Shown here: one piece after another, positions 53,447 through 64,000 of the stretch
Layout of the letters: the number at the start of each line of letters is the position of its first letter
Position numbering within the stretch: the stretch's first letter is position 1
NCBI GenBank assembly: GCA_964247055.1
Contig: OZ176052.1
Span: 9,486,001-9,550,000, forward strand
DNA from: Paragordius varius
Lineage: Eukaryota > Animalia > Nematomorpha
Reading direction: 5' to 3'
Length of the DNA: 64,000 nt
Program-made: the position numbers and the translations under genes
Notes under the pieces: model-generated
The model's database searches: none
Told to the model about the DNA's origin: nothing
The model's input: only the letters and a program-made list of their open reading frames with translations

Positions 53447-56400
53447 TCTCTACGTATTAGTAAGGATGTAAAGCAGAAATATTAGTTAGTATTGATCGCG
53501 TGTTTGTAAGGGAAAATAAGGGTATGAAACGTAGGCAGTTTTAAAGATATATAGTCAAATAGCGCGAAAATTATATAAAATTTAAAATTGCAAGTATAGT
53601 TTTCATAAAACTAATCTCTTCTGGCAAATTAATTCAGGAATAATTTGTTTGTTTTTCTATCTAAAATCTTGTTTTTTCCTCTCTGTTTTTTGCCAATAAT
53701 ACAGAAGAGGGACTGAATGGGGACAAAAGAACTACACAACTTTTAACTGTTTTTTTGTCTAAGGACATATAAAAAATATATAGAGAGAGATAAAATGAAA
53801 TATAAACAATATGGAAAGAATGCTGAAAAAAAACAACACACCAATGTGGCTAAGTTGTTAGGCAATTCCTTTACGCAGCACTTTTGATAAAAAAATCTAT
53901 ATTGGCACAATAATAATAGTTGCAATGTTTGTATACATTTTATTTAGTCTATTTTTAAGTGTATAAATAGGTTTCACTGTATATTTACCAATAACACAAA
54001 AATATAGATAGATAAGACTTTGAAATAGGAATATATATATGGTAAGTCTTTTAAGGCTTTCAATAGAATTCGTGTAGCATAGCATATCCTTTTCAAAAAA
54101 TTGTGTGGTCACGGTGATGTTTATAAAATTTTAGCACATTCCATGCATATCCGATTATTACAAAGATGAGTTTTGTATATAATGATATACAAAGATATTT
54201 ATTTGGATGTCGAAAATTAAAGAGAATAAATTTAATATTGGGAATAATATACCATTATCAGGTATTATTCTTGCGCATGCAAAAATATAGCATAAACACA
54301 CACATTTACGCATTTAAATGGAAGTTAAACTAATGTATTTCAATTATTGAAAATCGATAAAAAAAATTATCCTTATATGTGTACACACTATGGTTCTCCA
54401 TAGGCTTGTTTTATACGTAATCTGCTTTTAAATACAAACTAATATGTATGAACAACCTACAACCCTTTTGTTTAAATAAGTCGAAATAATCCAATTCCTG
54501 ATAATTATAATTGAATTGTGATGCTATAGTTATAACAGATAAATAAATTTTAACCAATATTATATATTTTTCTTTTTATTCAGTAAAAGATAGCGCTCCA
54601 ATTTCCATAAGTTTAATTCGTAATAACCGCTAAAGAATTTTTATACATATTGAATACCCAATAATTATTAAATGACAATGACAATAGCACGGGGTACACC
54701 CCTTCGTACAATTGGTGAACCAATTGTCAGAGTACCGTGAGCTATATAAGTATTGGGAATATTTTTAATATAACTTTTTCTAGTAAAACTTTTATGATTG
54801 CAAATGTTTGTATATATATGTATGTAAATAAAATAGTATTATGATTTAATTTTTTTACTGTAAAGTAGTGTAATTAATTTTGCTTATTAGAAAAAAAGGA
54901 TTTATAAAAAAAACCGTACATAACCTGCGCTTTGGAAAGGGCATTATTGTTTGTTTTTGGAACATAGGTTTGATATTAATTGAGTTGTTGATAAGCGACA
55001 ATAGTTTTAATTAAATGAAACGTTATCGACAAAAACATTAATAATTTAACCGAGACGATAACCTAAATAAAATTTATAAGAGTATATGGTTAAAAGATTA
55101 TTAAATAAATAATTCAGTATAAAAAAGGTACCTATCTTTGATTTTCCTGTGGCATAGGTACTGTTCCCCTAAACAACTGAAGTTTTACGGGTGACTCAAC
55201 TTTTATTAAAAAGGAATTCATTTTCGAGTATCGCAAAACTTCATCAGGGTAATAAGCCTCTTTAAATTGCCGTCTTTACAAATAAAGAATCACCCATATT
55301 CCTAAAGTATAAATATATAAATATTTGATGGTTTTGCTGTGTTCTTATCATATTCAAAAGGCAGACGATTTTGACCGAATCGCCCAATAATTATTAAGTA
55401 AGAATAAAAATATTTCTAAATAATTCAGTGATTATCATGTTTTGGTTCAAGAGTGTAATCAAGGAAGTATGGTTATGCCCACAGCGTTATAAATTAAGAT
55501 TAAAATATTGTTTTTTATTATTTCAAAATTATTCTTGTAATTTTAGCAGTATCAATGCCCACCGCGCCGCAAATGGTCGATTTGTCTTTGTTAAAAGTCA
55601 TTTTCATTGATTACTAATCCATTTCTATTGCTCGTTTTTTCAAAAAAACGGTTTCAGCAATACGAATCTGGTCTAAATGATTTTGGTCAAACTGTTTGGA
55701 TTTCGGAATTATAAAAGATAGCTTAATTAACACAAATAAAATATAACCTCAAGTGCAAAAGTTTATTCTATATATATCTTTATGATACAAATAAAATATA
55801 AAGCAAGTTTTTATAGCTAATGAAATATTATTATAATTTTATTGAAACCGTAAGAGTCTGAAGTTACGGTTTTAAAAAGGTTTACAAAAATATTTTTTTG
55901 ACTTTTTTTGCTACCAGTTAAAATTAAAAGTTACGGCCCCATTACTCGATTTTCACATTGCCTAATTTAAAATATGTGATATATATATTTGTATTCCTGG
56001 AATTTAAGGGCTCGTATTTTTTTATCCATAAGCAACAACAATGTAAAATTTTGGTATATTGGGCTATTTTATTTTAACAAAACCCATATCATGTGACATA
56101 AAATTAGAGTTTTATTCCAATGACTATGGATTTGGCACAGTCAAAATGGGTAATGAAATAATTTTGGAAATTGCAATTGATTACACTGGTATATGCGTAA
56201 AGAATAAGTGAACGCTTTTAAACGCTATAGAGACATCAAAAGTGACAAGCTGGCGAACGTAAACTATTAGCCAATACTGATTCCATTTATATCCATTAAG
56301 TATTCAAACCCTTAGACCTGGCTTTAGAACCGCAAAGTGATTCTTCAGTAATAAAGGCCAGATACACATCTGATCATAAAGCTAAAACCTAAAAGTTTAG

Positions 56401-57424
56401 GCACTTATATATTTAAAAATGAGTTTTTACGCACGATAGATATATCCACATTAATTACTGAATCGCAAAAAATAATGTATTTGTTTCCACAGTTTCCATG
56501 TGAAAGAGCCTGAATAATGGCATTTCGGTTAAAAAGCCGGTTTAAATAACTTATATAGAAATGTCTCAAAAATTAGATAGGAAAATTTTGAGCCACTATT
56601 ATTGTGGCTCGAGAAAAATCAAAAATCATAACTCAAAAAGGGAAATATGATATGAGGCTAATTAACATGGACAAATTTAAGTGGGTACGATAATAAATCC
56701 GGTTATTGGCATAAAATTTAAAATTTGCATTTTGAGAACCTAATAGCTTAAAAGGAAGGAAAGTTGGTTTTAATGGCTGTATGGTTATGCGGCAGCCCAT
56801 AAATAGTTTTGATCTTCATATATTAATGATTTAGGGCTAATTAATCATTCGTGTATATCTAATTTGTCACAATTAACCGTATATTTTTTCGTTTGGGCAT
56901 ATAATTTATAATCATTAAGGATTGCAGTAACTAACTAAATAGAGGTTGAAAGCAAGTAATATTCTACCTTTGGAAATACAAATTTAGCTTCTTTTTGGTC
57001 CATATAACATATATAGACAAATATTTATTAATCACTTATATTTATAATATATTACATATAAATCTATTTTCCATAATTTTACAATAAGAATAAAAAAATT
57101 GCCAAATAAGGCTAAAAAATTCAATTTTGCATGATTGGTAAAAAATGTGATCCACAGTTTCATTAAGTATGTTTGTGCATAGTAATTAAATTAATGCGAA
57201 TAAAAAATATTTTTTTAACCAAATATAGTTTCAGTTAATTTTAAGGTCAATACAATGAATCGAAGATCTTTTAAACCAAGAGGATATTCGCATATGTTTA
57301 CTCAAAAATATTGTAATGTCATATAAAATTAATAGTACAAAAATAATGAGATAAGTATATAATTGCTTAAATCGATTGGGTAACCATATCACTTCATATT
57401 CAACCAAAATCTCCGTGTGATTTT

Positions 57425-60400
57425 CTAAACATATAAAGGAAAAGAATGTGATTTTGCAATAATTAACAATATTGACAATAAATTATAAAACTGTACTATA
57501 CTTTGTGGACGTAATCTCAATAAACCGCACCCAATTTTCGGCGTTCCCATGCGATAATTAAAGGTGGGAACATTAATTTCATAGACATATGGTTGATTGG
57601 GTGATATTATAAATTTTTGTGGCTTAGCAGGAGATTCATACGATGTGACCAAATGCTTAAAGCTATAATGCAAAGTTTGATTGATGATTGGTATTCGAAA
57701 TATCTGGCTCTAAAAAGCATGCATCATCAAAAAAATATTAATGACTAACCTAAGGATAACCCATTAGTAAATACTGAATAATGTTTAATAAATGACATCT
57801 CAAAATTATTAAAATACTTTGTGAGTATCGCCGGATAATATCAAATTCGGTTTGTAGATTTGCATAATCTATATATGAGTTTTTTCATAATTGTCAAAAA
57901 TATTTTAGATTATATTTTATTAAGTATATAAGCATAATACCATAATTATTGGATATAAAAATTGAGCTTAAAATTATAAAAAAAAGTGTTTTTTTTCCAA
58001 TTTTAAACATAAAACAAAAGTAACAAACTGTTTCAACAAAGCGTGGATGGCGATCTAATATCGTATAATGACTTAGCAATATAGTTTGATTTATTAATCG
58101 CATTTTGCCATCTGTATACTGTGTGGCACCACTCATGGCATAATCATATAGGGAATAAAAATCAAGAGTTGTAATCTAAATTAATTGATAAAAAATTTAA
58201 AAATTTTTTTTATAATAATTAAAAACAATTTATATTTTTTTACGAAAATAATTAAAATAAAAATAGTTAAAAACATGGATGTTCAACACGCGGCCCAACT
58301 CTTTTAGCGGACCGCAAAAAAATTGGACATTCATAATTTGCGAAACTATGCTTACAAATTTTTCTATAAAGTTTATTTAATTGACAAAAACTAAACAATG
58401 TTATATTGTGTTTGTACTTATGTTTAAATCTAATAAATTAGCTAGCAATGTCCATGTATATTTCAGATGCGGCCCACGAAGTCATTTGTGTTGAACACCC
58501 CTGTGAGAAGAATTAGTTATATTCAATATACATATTATGTATAAATAACTGATTATCATTCTGTACATTATATTTTAAAGGTCTTAATTGGTACATTTTA
58601 TCAAAATTATATTAAGGTAGGATCTGACCGGTTATGGTGAATTAATGATCGTATATACTGCAAATTAATAAAAAACTAAAACTTTTTTCTGATTACAACT
58701 TTAAATTTATATATAATTATAAACCATTTGCACTTCAAAAGTGTCTTTAAACATTTAAATTGGTACTTAAACACTTCAAGTTGATTTTTGAGCATTTTAA
58801 GTTGGTTCTTGAACAATTTAAGTTGGTTCTTGAACAATTTAAGTTGGTCTTTGAACATTTCAAGTTGGTCCTTGACCACTTCAAATAGGCCCTTAAACAC
58901 TTCAAATGTTTGGTTTTGAGCTTAAATCAGATCATGTATATTCATCTATTTTATCAATTTAACCTATTTTCTTTATTCAACATAAACTTTTAAATCAATA
59001 TCAAATTTAATCATTCGGAAACCGTATATTTTTATTGCTTTCGTCAAAAATATTTTTATAATAAGAATTAAACAAATAATTTAAAAATGCAAAAGTTTAG
59101 GAATTACAATGCTTTGAGCTTATATAAGGTAATATTGTTAAATTAGAAAAATTTAGTTTGAAACAAAAAAGTAGTTATTAAATGAAAATTTTATTTTTAA
59201 ATGAATAAATATATTATAAATAAAGAAAATTGAGTTAAAAAATAAAAAATACATCTTATAGATTAAAAATTAAAAATATTAAGGACCAACTTGAAGTGTT
59301 TAAGGACACACTTGAAGTGCAAATTATATAATAACATATGATGATAAATTTTTTTTTATTTGAATAATTAAAAGAACCCTAAATATATACCATTTACAAT
59401 TCATCACCCTTAAACGATTCGAATTCACACTAAAACAATTCAAATTCACCCTCAAATAAATTATATGTAAACGTATATTTTTAATAGTTAAAAAATAATG
59501 CCATGATATATATATTATATTGATAATGTAGTTCGAAAATACATAATTTATTTAGGGTTAAATTTTATTTGTTAGGGTGAATATAAATTGTATAAGGGTG
59601 AATTTGATCTGTAAATGGTATATTAAATGTTTTTAAAAATATCGTCCTGTATATTATATATATTAGCGAATACGACATCCATAGCAAAATTTTTATTTTG
59701 ACTGAATTCATGACAATAAAATATTTTAATATTTAAAGAATAATATTTAGGGTAAAAAGTCATTAATAAAGTGGAATAATTATGATAGACAAAATTGCTC
59801 AACCATAAAACACATCAAATAGAAAAGAAAATTAGGTAATGACAACTTTATGTTTATTGATTCATTAGTTTCCTAAAATAAATTATTTGGTGATTTACTT
59901 AGGGTTTAAGAAATCAGAATTAGAAAGATTGATGGTATTATCCAATAAATTTGATATTTGTTATTTTTATATGCCTTATTGAAATATTCTACATATAGAC
60001 GAAAGCCTGTTTCAAATAGCGTCAAAATTCGGCTTTTTTAATACAAAAGAGAAATGTAAAAATACCATATTAAACTCTAAAATATCAATTGATTTAGTTA
60101 AAAATGATCATTTTAAAGGAGTACCAACATGCGCCCTTGAAAAATATTTCTGCAGTCCGCAAAAAATTTCAAATAAAAAATTTTATGAATTCTAAGTAAA
60201 ATCGATTTAACACATACAAAATCTTTCCAAACTTTGGCAAACTAGCAAAGATATTTAAATAGATTTATATATTAAAATTTTAAAAGATATTTCTTAATAA
60301 CCATATATTCTGCGCTTGCGGCCCGCATAGCCATTTGTGTTGGACACTCCTGTTTTAAACAATTAATTGTTGGTAACTAACACTTTATTATATAACGGTT

Positions 60401-61116
60401 ATAACAGTTTTCATAATAATTTGGTAATTAATAATATGTTCAGGCAAATTTAATTTAGTGTTGTAAATTGGTATTGAGTTTTTTTGTGATTTGTTAAGCA
60501 AATTTAATTGCTAAATCGCATGCAAGTCTCAAATTATGCTATGGCAAATTATGTATGAATTTTGGTGAACAATTTTGGCACAATAGAAAAAAAAATAAAA
60601 TTATATAGGGAATATAATATCAAACCTTTGCTAGATTAATTATACTGTGATCCAGAGAGTTATTAAAAACCTTATTAAAGCGGGTTAGAGCTCGACTAGG
60701 ATATTTATTACGTTCTGTCACGTCATTATCCCCATCAATTATTATATACTATATTTAAAATTAACAGTTACTTGCTTTAGAAATCCAAAAACATATAAAA
60801 AACGTTGAAAATGTTCAAAAAACCCTTTATCATCCATAATTGAGCCTTGATCAAATATATCACCCAGAAAAACGACATATTCCGGTTCAATTTTATTGTA
60901 TATTGTTTTGTAATATTTTCGCATATAATTGTCGGAATCCCACATTGCAATATTATCAATTGCATTATGAAATTCCCTACCAACTAATTGAGGATCAGCA
61001 ATAATTAAATGACAAATATGGGGATTCTCACAAGTTTCAGGTATGTACAGCGTATAAAATTTTTCATAAAGTACCAATATTAATAAAAATATTACATATT
61101 TGAATAAGAAAATCAT
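57425..61116 (-). CDS. Metallophosphoesterase of the MPPE1/PGAP5 (Cdc1/Ted1) family, membrane anchored; one internal exon unresolved
   Basis: Exons 60772-61116, 60626-60748, [unresolved], 58029-58111, 57818-57868, 57425-57655. Motifs in order: N-terminal TM, IIADPQL, VVFLGDIFDQG, GDND, ILLSHY, ILSGDTH, EINVPTFNYRMG, C-terminal hydrophobic stretch. Confidence 0.8.
58274..58503. mobile_element. hAT-like MITE family C
   Basis: catggatgttcaacacgcggccc...tgcggcccacgaagtcatttgtgttgaacacccctg TIRs. Confidence 0.65.
58726..59324. mobile_element. MITE family E, about 600 bp
   Basis: TIR atttgcacttcaaaagtgtc / gacacacttgaagtgcaaat, with a 21-bp tandem array (ttgaacaatttaagttggttc) at about 58780-58900. 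Confidence 0.75.
59388..59620. mobile_element. MITE family D
   Basis: TIR TACCATTTACA...TGTAAATGGTA in a TA-rich site, with subterminal aattcaccct repeats. Confidence 0.75.
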
Positions 61117-61228
61117 TTAAAAGGGGCCCTAAGGCCCAAAAAACGATTGCAAAGTTATTCAGATGTTATATTCTCTTCCTTACATATGGTTATTATGCGA
61201 AAAATGGGATTTTTGCGGAGTTTATTAA

Positions 61229-61799
61229 CACTTGGATACAACACACTCATTTTAGTCCTTCGATTCAAATTGAGGTAGTTAGATACCCCAGGCCTGTTTA
61301 AAATCAAATGGTTTAAAAAGTATGGAAGGAATCGAAGCCATGGCAAAATTTTGCACTTATATAACATTAATAAACCAAAATATATAAAAAATTTTATTTA
61401 AAATAAATATTACTAATTTTAAGCTACAAGCGAAAGGTAAAAATTTCGTACACGTGACATGTGTCAAATTTTAAAATTAAAAAATAATACAAAATAAACC
61501 GCCTTTCCTAATTCCATCAATGTGAGATAGAATTTATATAAAAAATTAGCTTTAGTTTTACTCTTAAAATTAAATGAAGACAAAATTTTGCAAAAATTTT
61601 GTAAAATAAAAATGGCGTCGATGTAGTTTGAGATGGAACTTTTTTTTCAAAACAAAATTTTACCAAGATATTTTGGCATATTTATATAATTTTTATCAGG
61701 ATAGATGCATAAATTTAAATTGGTACCGTTTCCTTCAGTAGTTTTTTAAAAATATTAATTTAAATTTAGTCTGGGGTATTTACAATTTTAATCGAAGTG
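61229..61799 (+). mobile_element. piggyBac-like MITE (family B), intact, about 570 bp
   Basis: TTAA at 61225-61228 and 61800-61803, CACTT...AAGTG termini, collinear with 35716-36284. It lies just upstream of the MPPE1-like start codon. Confidence 0.8.
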
Positions 61800-62557
61800 T
61801 TAAGTTTAATAAAAATATATAATTATATGGTAATATAACTAAAAAATTATTTTTATGCATATATATATATATTAATAACAAATTTTTTTAAGTAGCTAAA
61901 ATTATGATGATTAATATAAATTTAAAACAGAGTAAATCTACTAAGTAGTAAATAAAAATATATAAAATAATTAGCTAATTTTAAATTTATGACTTTTCCA
62001 AGGAAAAAAACATTTAAGGGAAAATAAATTAGTAGGGCATTCTTTGATAAAACTTCATTTTTAATTTTATAGATATTCACATTTATAAAACATTTCCTGC
62101 ATGCGAACAAAATCAGAAATATAAAAATAAGATAATTAAATAAAATCATTAATTTTATGGTGCTTTTGTTTTTAGGCTATACAAACCTAAAAAAAGCTAT
62201 TTGTTTTTTTGCGATAATTTTGTTGTATAAAAATATAAATATATAACTTTGAGAACCTTTAAAATATCTTTTACTAATATTTAATTTTAATGTAAGCTTT
62301 TTAATTCTGTTTGGCGGCTAGCTAAATTTCTTGAAAGTAAAATCTGTAAAAAATATGTACAGGAGTAAGGGTTTAAAATTTTTATATCATTAGTTTATGA
62401 CAAATAAAAAAGTAATGAGATTCACTTCGATGTAAATGGTACCCCAGACTATATTTTAAAAAATATTTTTAGAAAACTACTGAAAGAAACGGTCCCAATT
62501 TCATCTATCATCGTAACCTATATATATATATATATTATATATATATTACAAAAAAAT

Positions 62558-63535
62558 TGTCCACAAAAATAATTTTTTAAATATATATTTTGCCCAAGGT
62601 ATGAGACCGTAAAAATTCAATAGGGTTCCAGGTATTTTATGATAAGCAAAAATTTTAGTGGTGCGTTTTTTTATATTGGCTGCTGGGTAAGAAGAGATAC
62701 ACTCTAAAACTGCGCCATCCTTTCGAAATAGCGAGCCTCTGGGGCAAAATTAAGCAATCCTATCAGGCCATAGTTCAATAGATGCTTACGTAACAAAACA
62801 AAAATTTAGGTCGTGCAATATTTTAAAATTAGCCGTTAATTAGGTCCTTGACCACCTGTAAATGCTTTACCATAGAATAATTTTTTAGTTTTCATACAAA
62901 TCCAAAAACTTTGAGAGCATATGGAATGTATCATGATTCCAGGTAATCTCCGTAAAAGGCAAAGATTTTAATCAAACGCTTTTTTATATCAGCCTCTGGG
63001 TGAGCTCCGCCTAAAACTGCCACCATATCGAAATTGCCTTGTTTAGGAGTTAATTTTCAGAAAATCAGGCCACATAAGTTTAATAAGGTCCTGAAAAAGT
63101 AGCCGTAAAAAAACAAAATTATAAGTCCGATTTTGAATAAGACGTTAATTGGCCCTTCTCTCTAAATGCGATATCATTGTACTATTATTTAATTTTGAAA
63201 CATTTTTCCAAAACTATTAGGAACATTTTTTCTCTAACGTATTTTTTATATTAGCTTCTGGGTAGGGGGCTATCCGCCTACAACTGCGCCACCATATCGA
63301 TACAGCGTGACTTTAAAGGCATATTTTAGAAAATATATCAGGCCATATTAGTTCAATAAGGGCTTGAAATATCACCCGTAAAAAGGCAAAATTTTAAAGG
63401 AGCGGTTTTATTAAAATACCCCTTATTTAGTCCTTTGTCCTTAAAAATGCGCCACCATATACTTTTTTGAGGCAATTTTTTGAAAATCCCAGAGCACATA
63501 GAATTAATCATGATTTCAGGTATTACCCAAATTAA
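62558..63535 (-). repeat. Family A tandem units in reverse orientation, preceded by an inverted family B right end (62423-62510)
   Basis: Reverse complements of the family A unit motifs (aactgcgccaccatatcga, aaatgcgccaccat, tccaggta, tatcaggccata) recurring at about 315-bp period. Confidence 0.7.
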
Positions 63536-63547
63536 GGTAAAGGTTTT

Positions 63548-64000
63548 ACTTGGATACAACACACTCATTTTAGTCCTTCGATACAAATTGGGGTAGTTGG
63601 ATACCCCAGGCCTGTTTAAAATCAAAGACTTTAGTATGGAAGGAATCGAAACCATGGCAAAATTTTGCGATTATTTAACATTAATAAACCAAAATATATA
63701 AAAAAATTTATTCAAAAATACTTGATATTACTTATTTTAAGCTAAAACCGAAACGTAAAAATTTCGTCAACGTGACATGTGTCAAATTGTTAAATTAAAA
63801 ATACAAAATAAACCGCTTTTTTTTATTTCTATCAATGTTATATATGATTTATATAAAAAATTGCTTTAGTTTTACCCTTAAAATTAAATGAAAACGATAT
63901 TTTTGCAAAATTTTGTAAAATAAAAATGGCGTCGGAGTAGTTTGATATGGAACTTTTTTTCAAAACAAAATTGTATCAAGATATTTTGGCATATTTATAT
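63548..64000 (+). mobile_element. piggyBac-like MITE (family B), runs off the window end
   Basis: acttggatacaacacactcattttagtccttcgatacaaattggggtagttggataccccaggcc... collinear with the 61229 copy. Confidence 0.8.

Noticed and set aside
54685-54744. Hammerhead ribozyme on the minus strand (CUGACAA...CGAAG)
   Set aside because: The core deviates from CUGANGA/GAAA and the stems are not positioned correctly.
58676-58900. ORF with heptad repeats (KDQLEMFKDQLKLFKNQLK), coiled-coil-like
   Set aside because: It is the translation of the 21-bp tandem repeats inside MITE family E.
58780-58900. CRISPR-like short repeat arrays (also 26333-26400)
   Set aside because: Head-to-tail tandem repeats with no unique spacers, eukaryotic context, no cas genes.
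1-64000. tRNA, rRNA, snRNA or spliced-leader RNA genes
   Set aside because: No T-loop/box B, rRNA or SL motifs were recognised by eye. A covariance-model scan was not possible, so small RNAs may have been missed.

Overview
Very AT-rich, intron-containing animal genomic DNA. The Rab3 N-terminus ([15 protein letters not shown]) looks protostome-like, but the species cannot be identified from the sequence alone. The ORF track is mostly exon fragments or noise, so genes were rebuilt by hand from GT-AG boundaries and phase continuity. Five genes are well supported: DOT1L H3K79 methyltransferase (minus, 787-18029, 24 exons, about 2558 aa), FBXL2/20 (plus, 22881-28208), NDUFAF3 (plus, 36337-38766), Rab3 (minus, 45638-53446) and an MPPE1/PGAP5-like metallophosphoesterase (minus, 57425-61116). 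There is also a tail-to-tail pair of small orphan glycoprotein genes (39121-42439). Intergenic DNA and introns are full of non-autonomous piggyBac-, hAT- and Helitron-like elements, some nested. Two observations stand out. (1) Three unrelated conserved genes need ultrashort 21-24 nt GT-AG introns to be translated; these sit only near the 5' ends of the genes, while the other introns of the five conserved genes are 65-2838+ nt, which suggests a second tiny intron class in a non-compact genome. (2) The DOT1L carries an ARID4/RBBP1-type interdigitated double Tudor domain between its catalytic domain and its coiled coil. All homology calls come from my recall of reference protein sequences, not from database searches.
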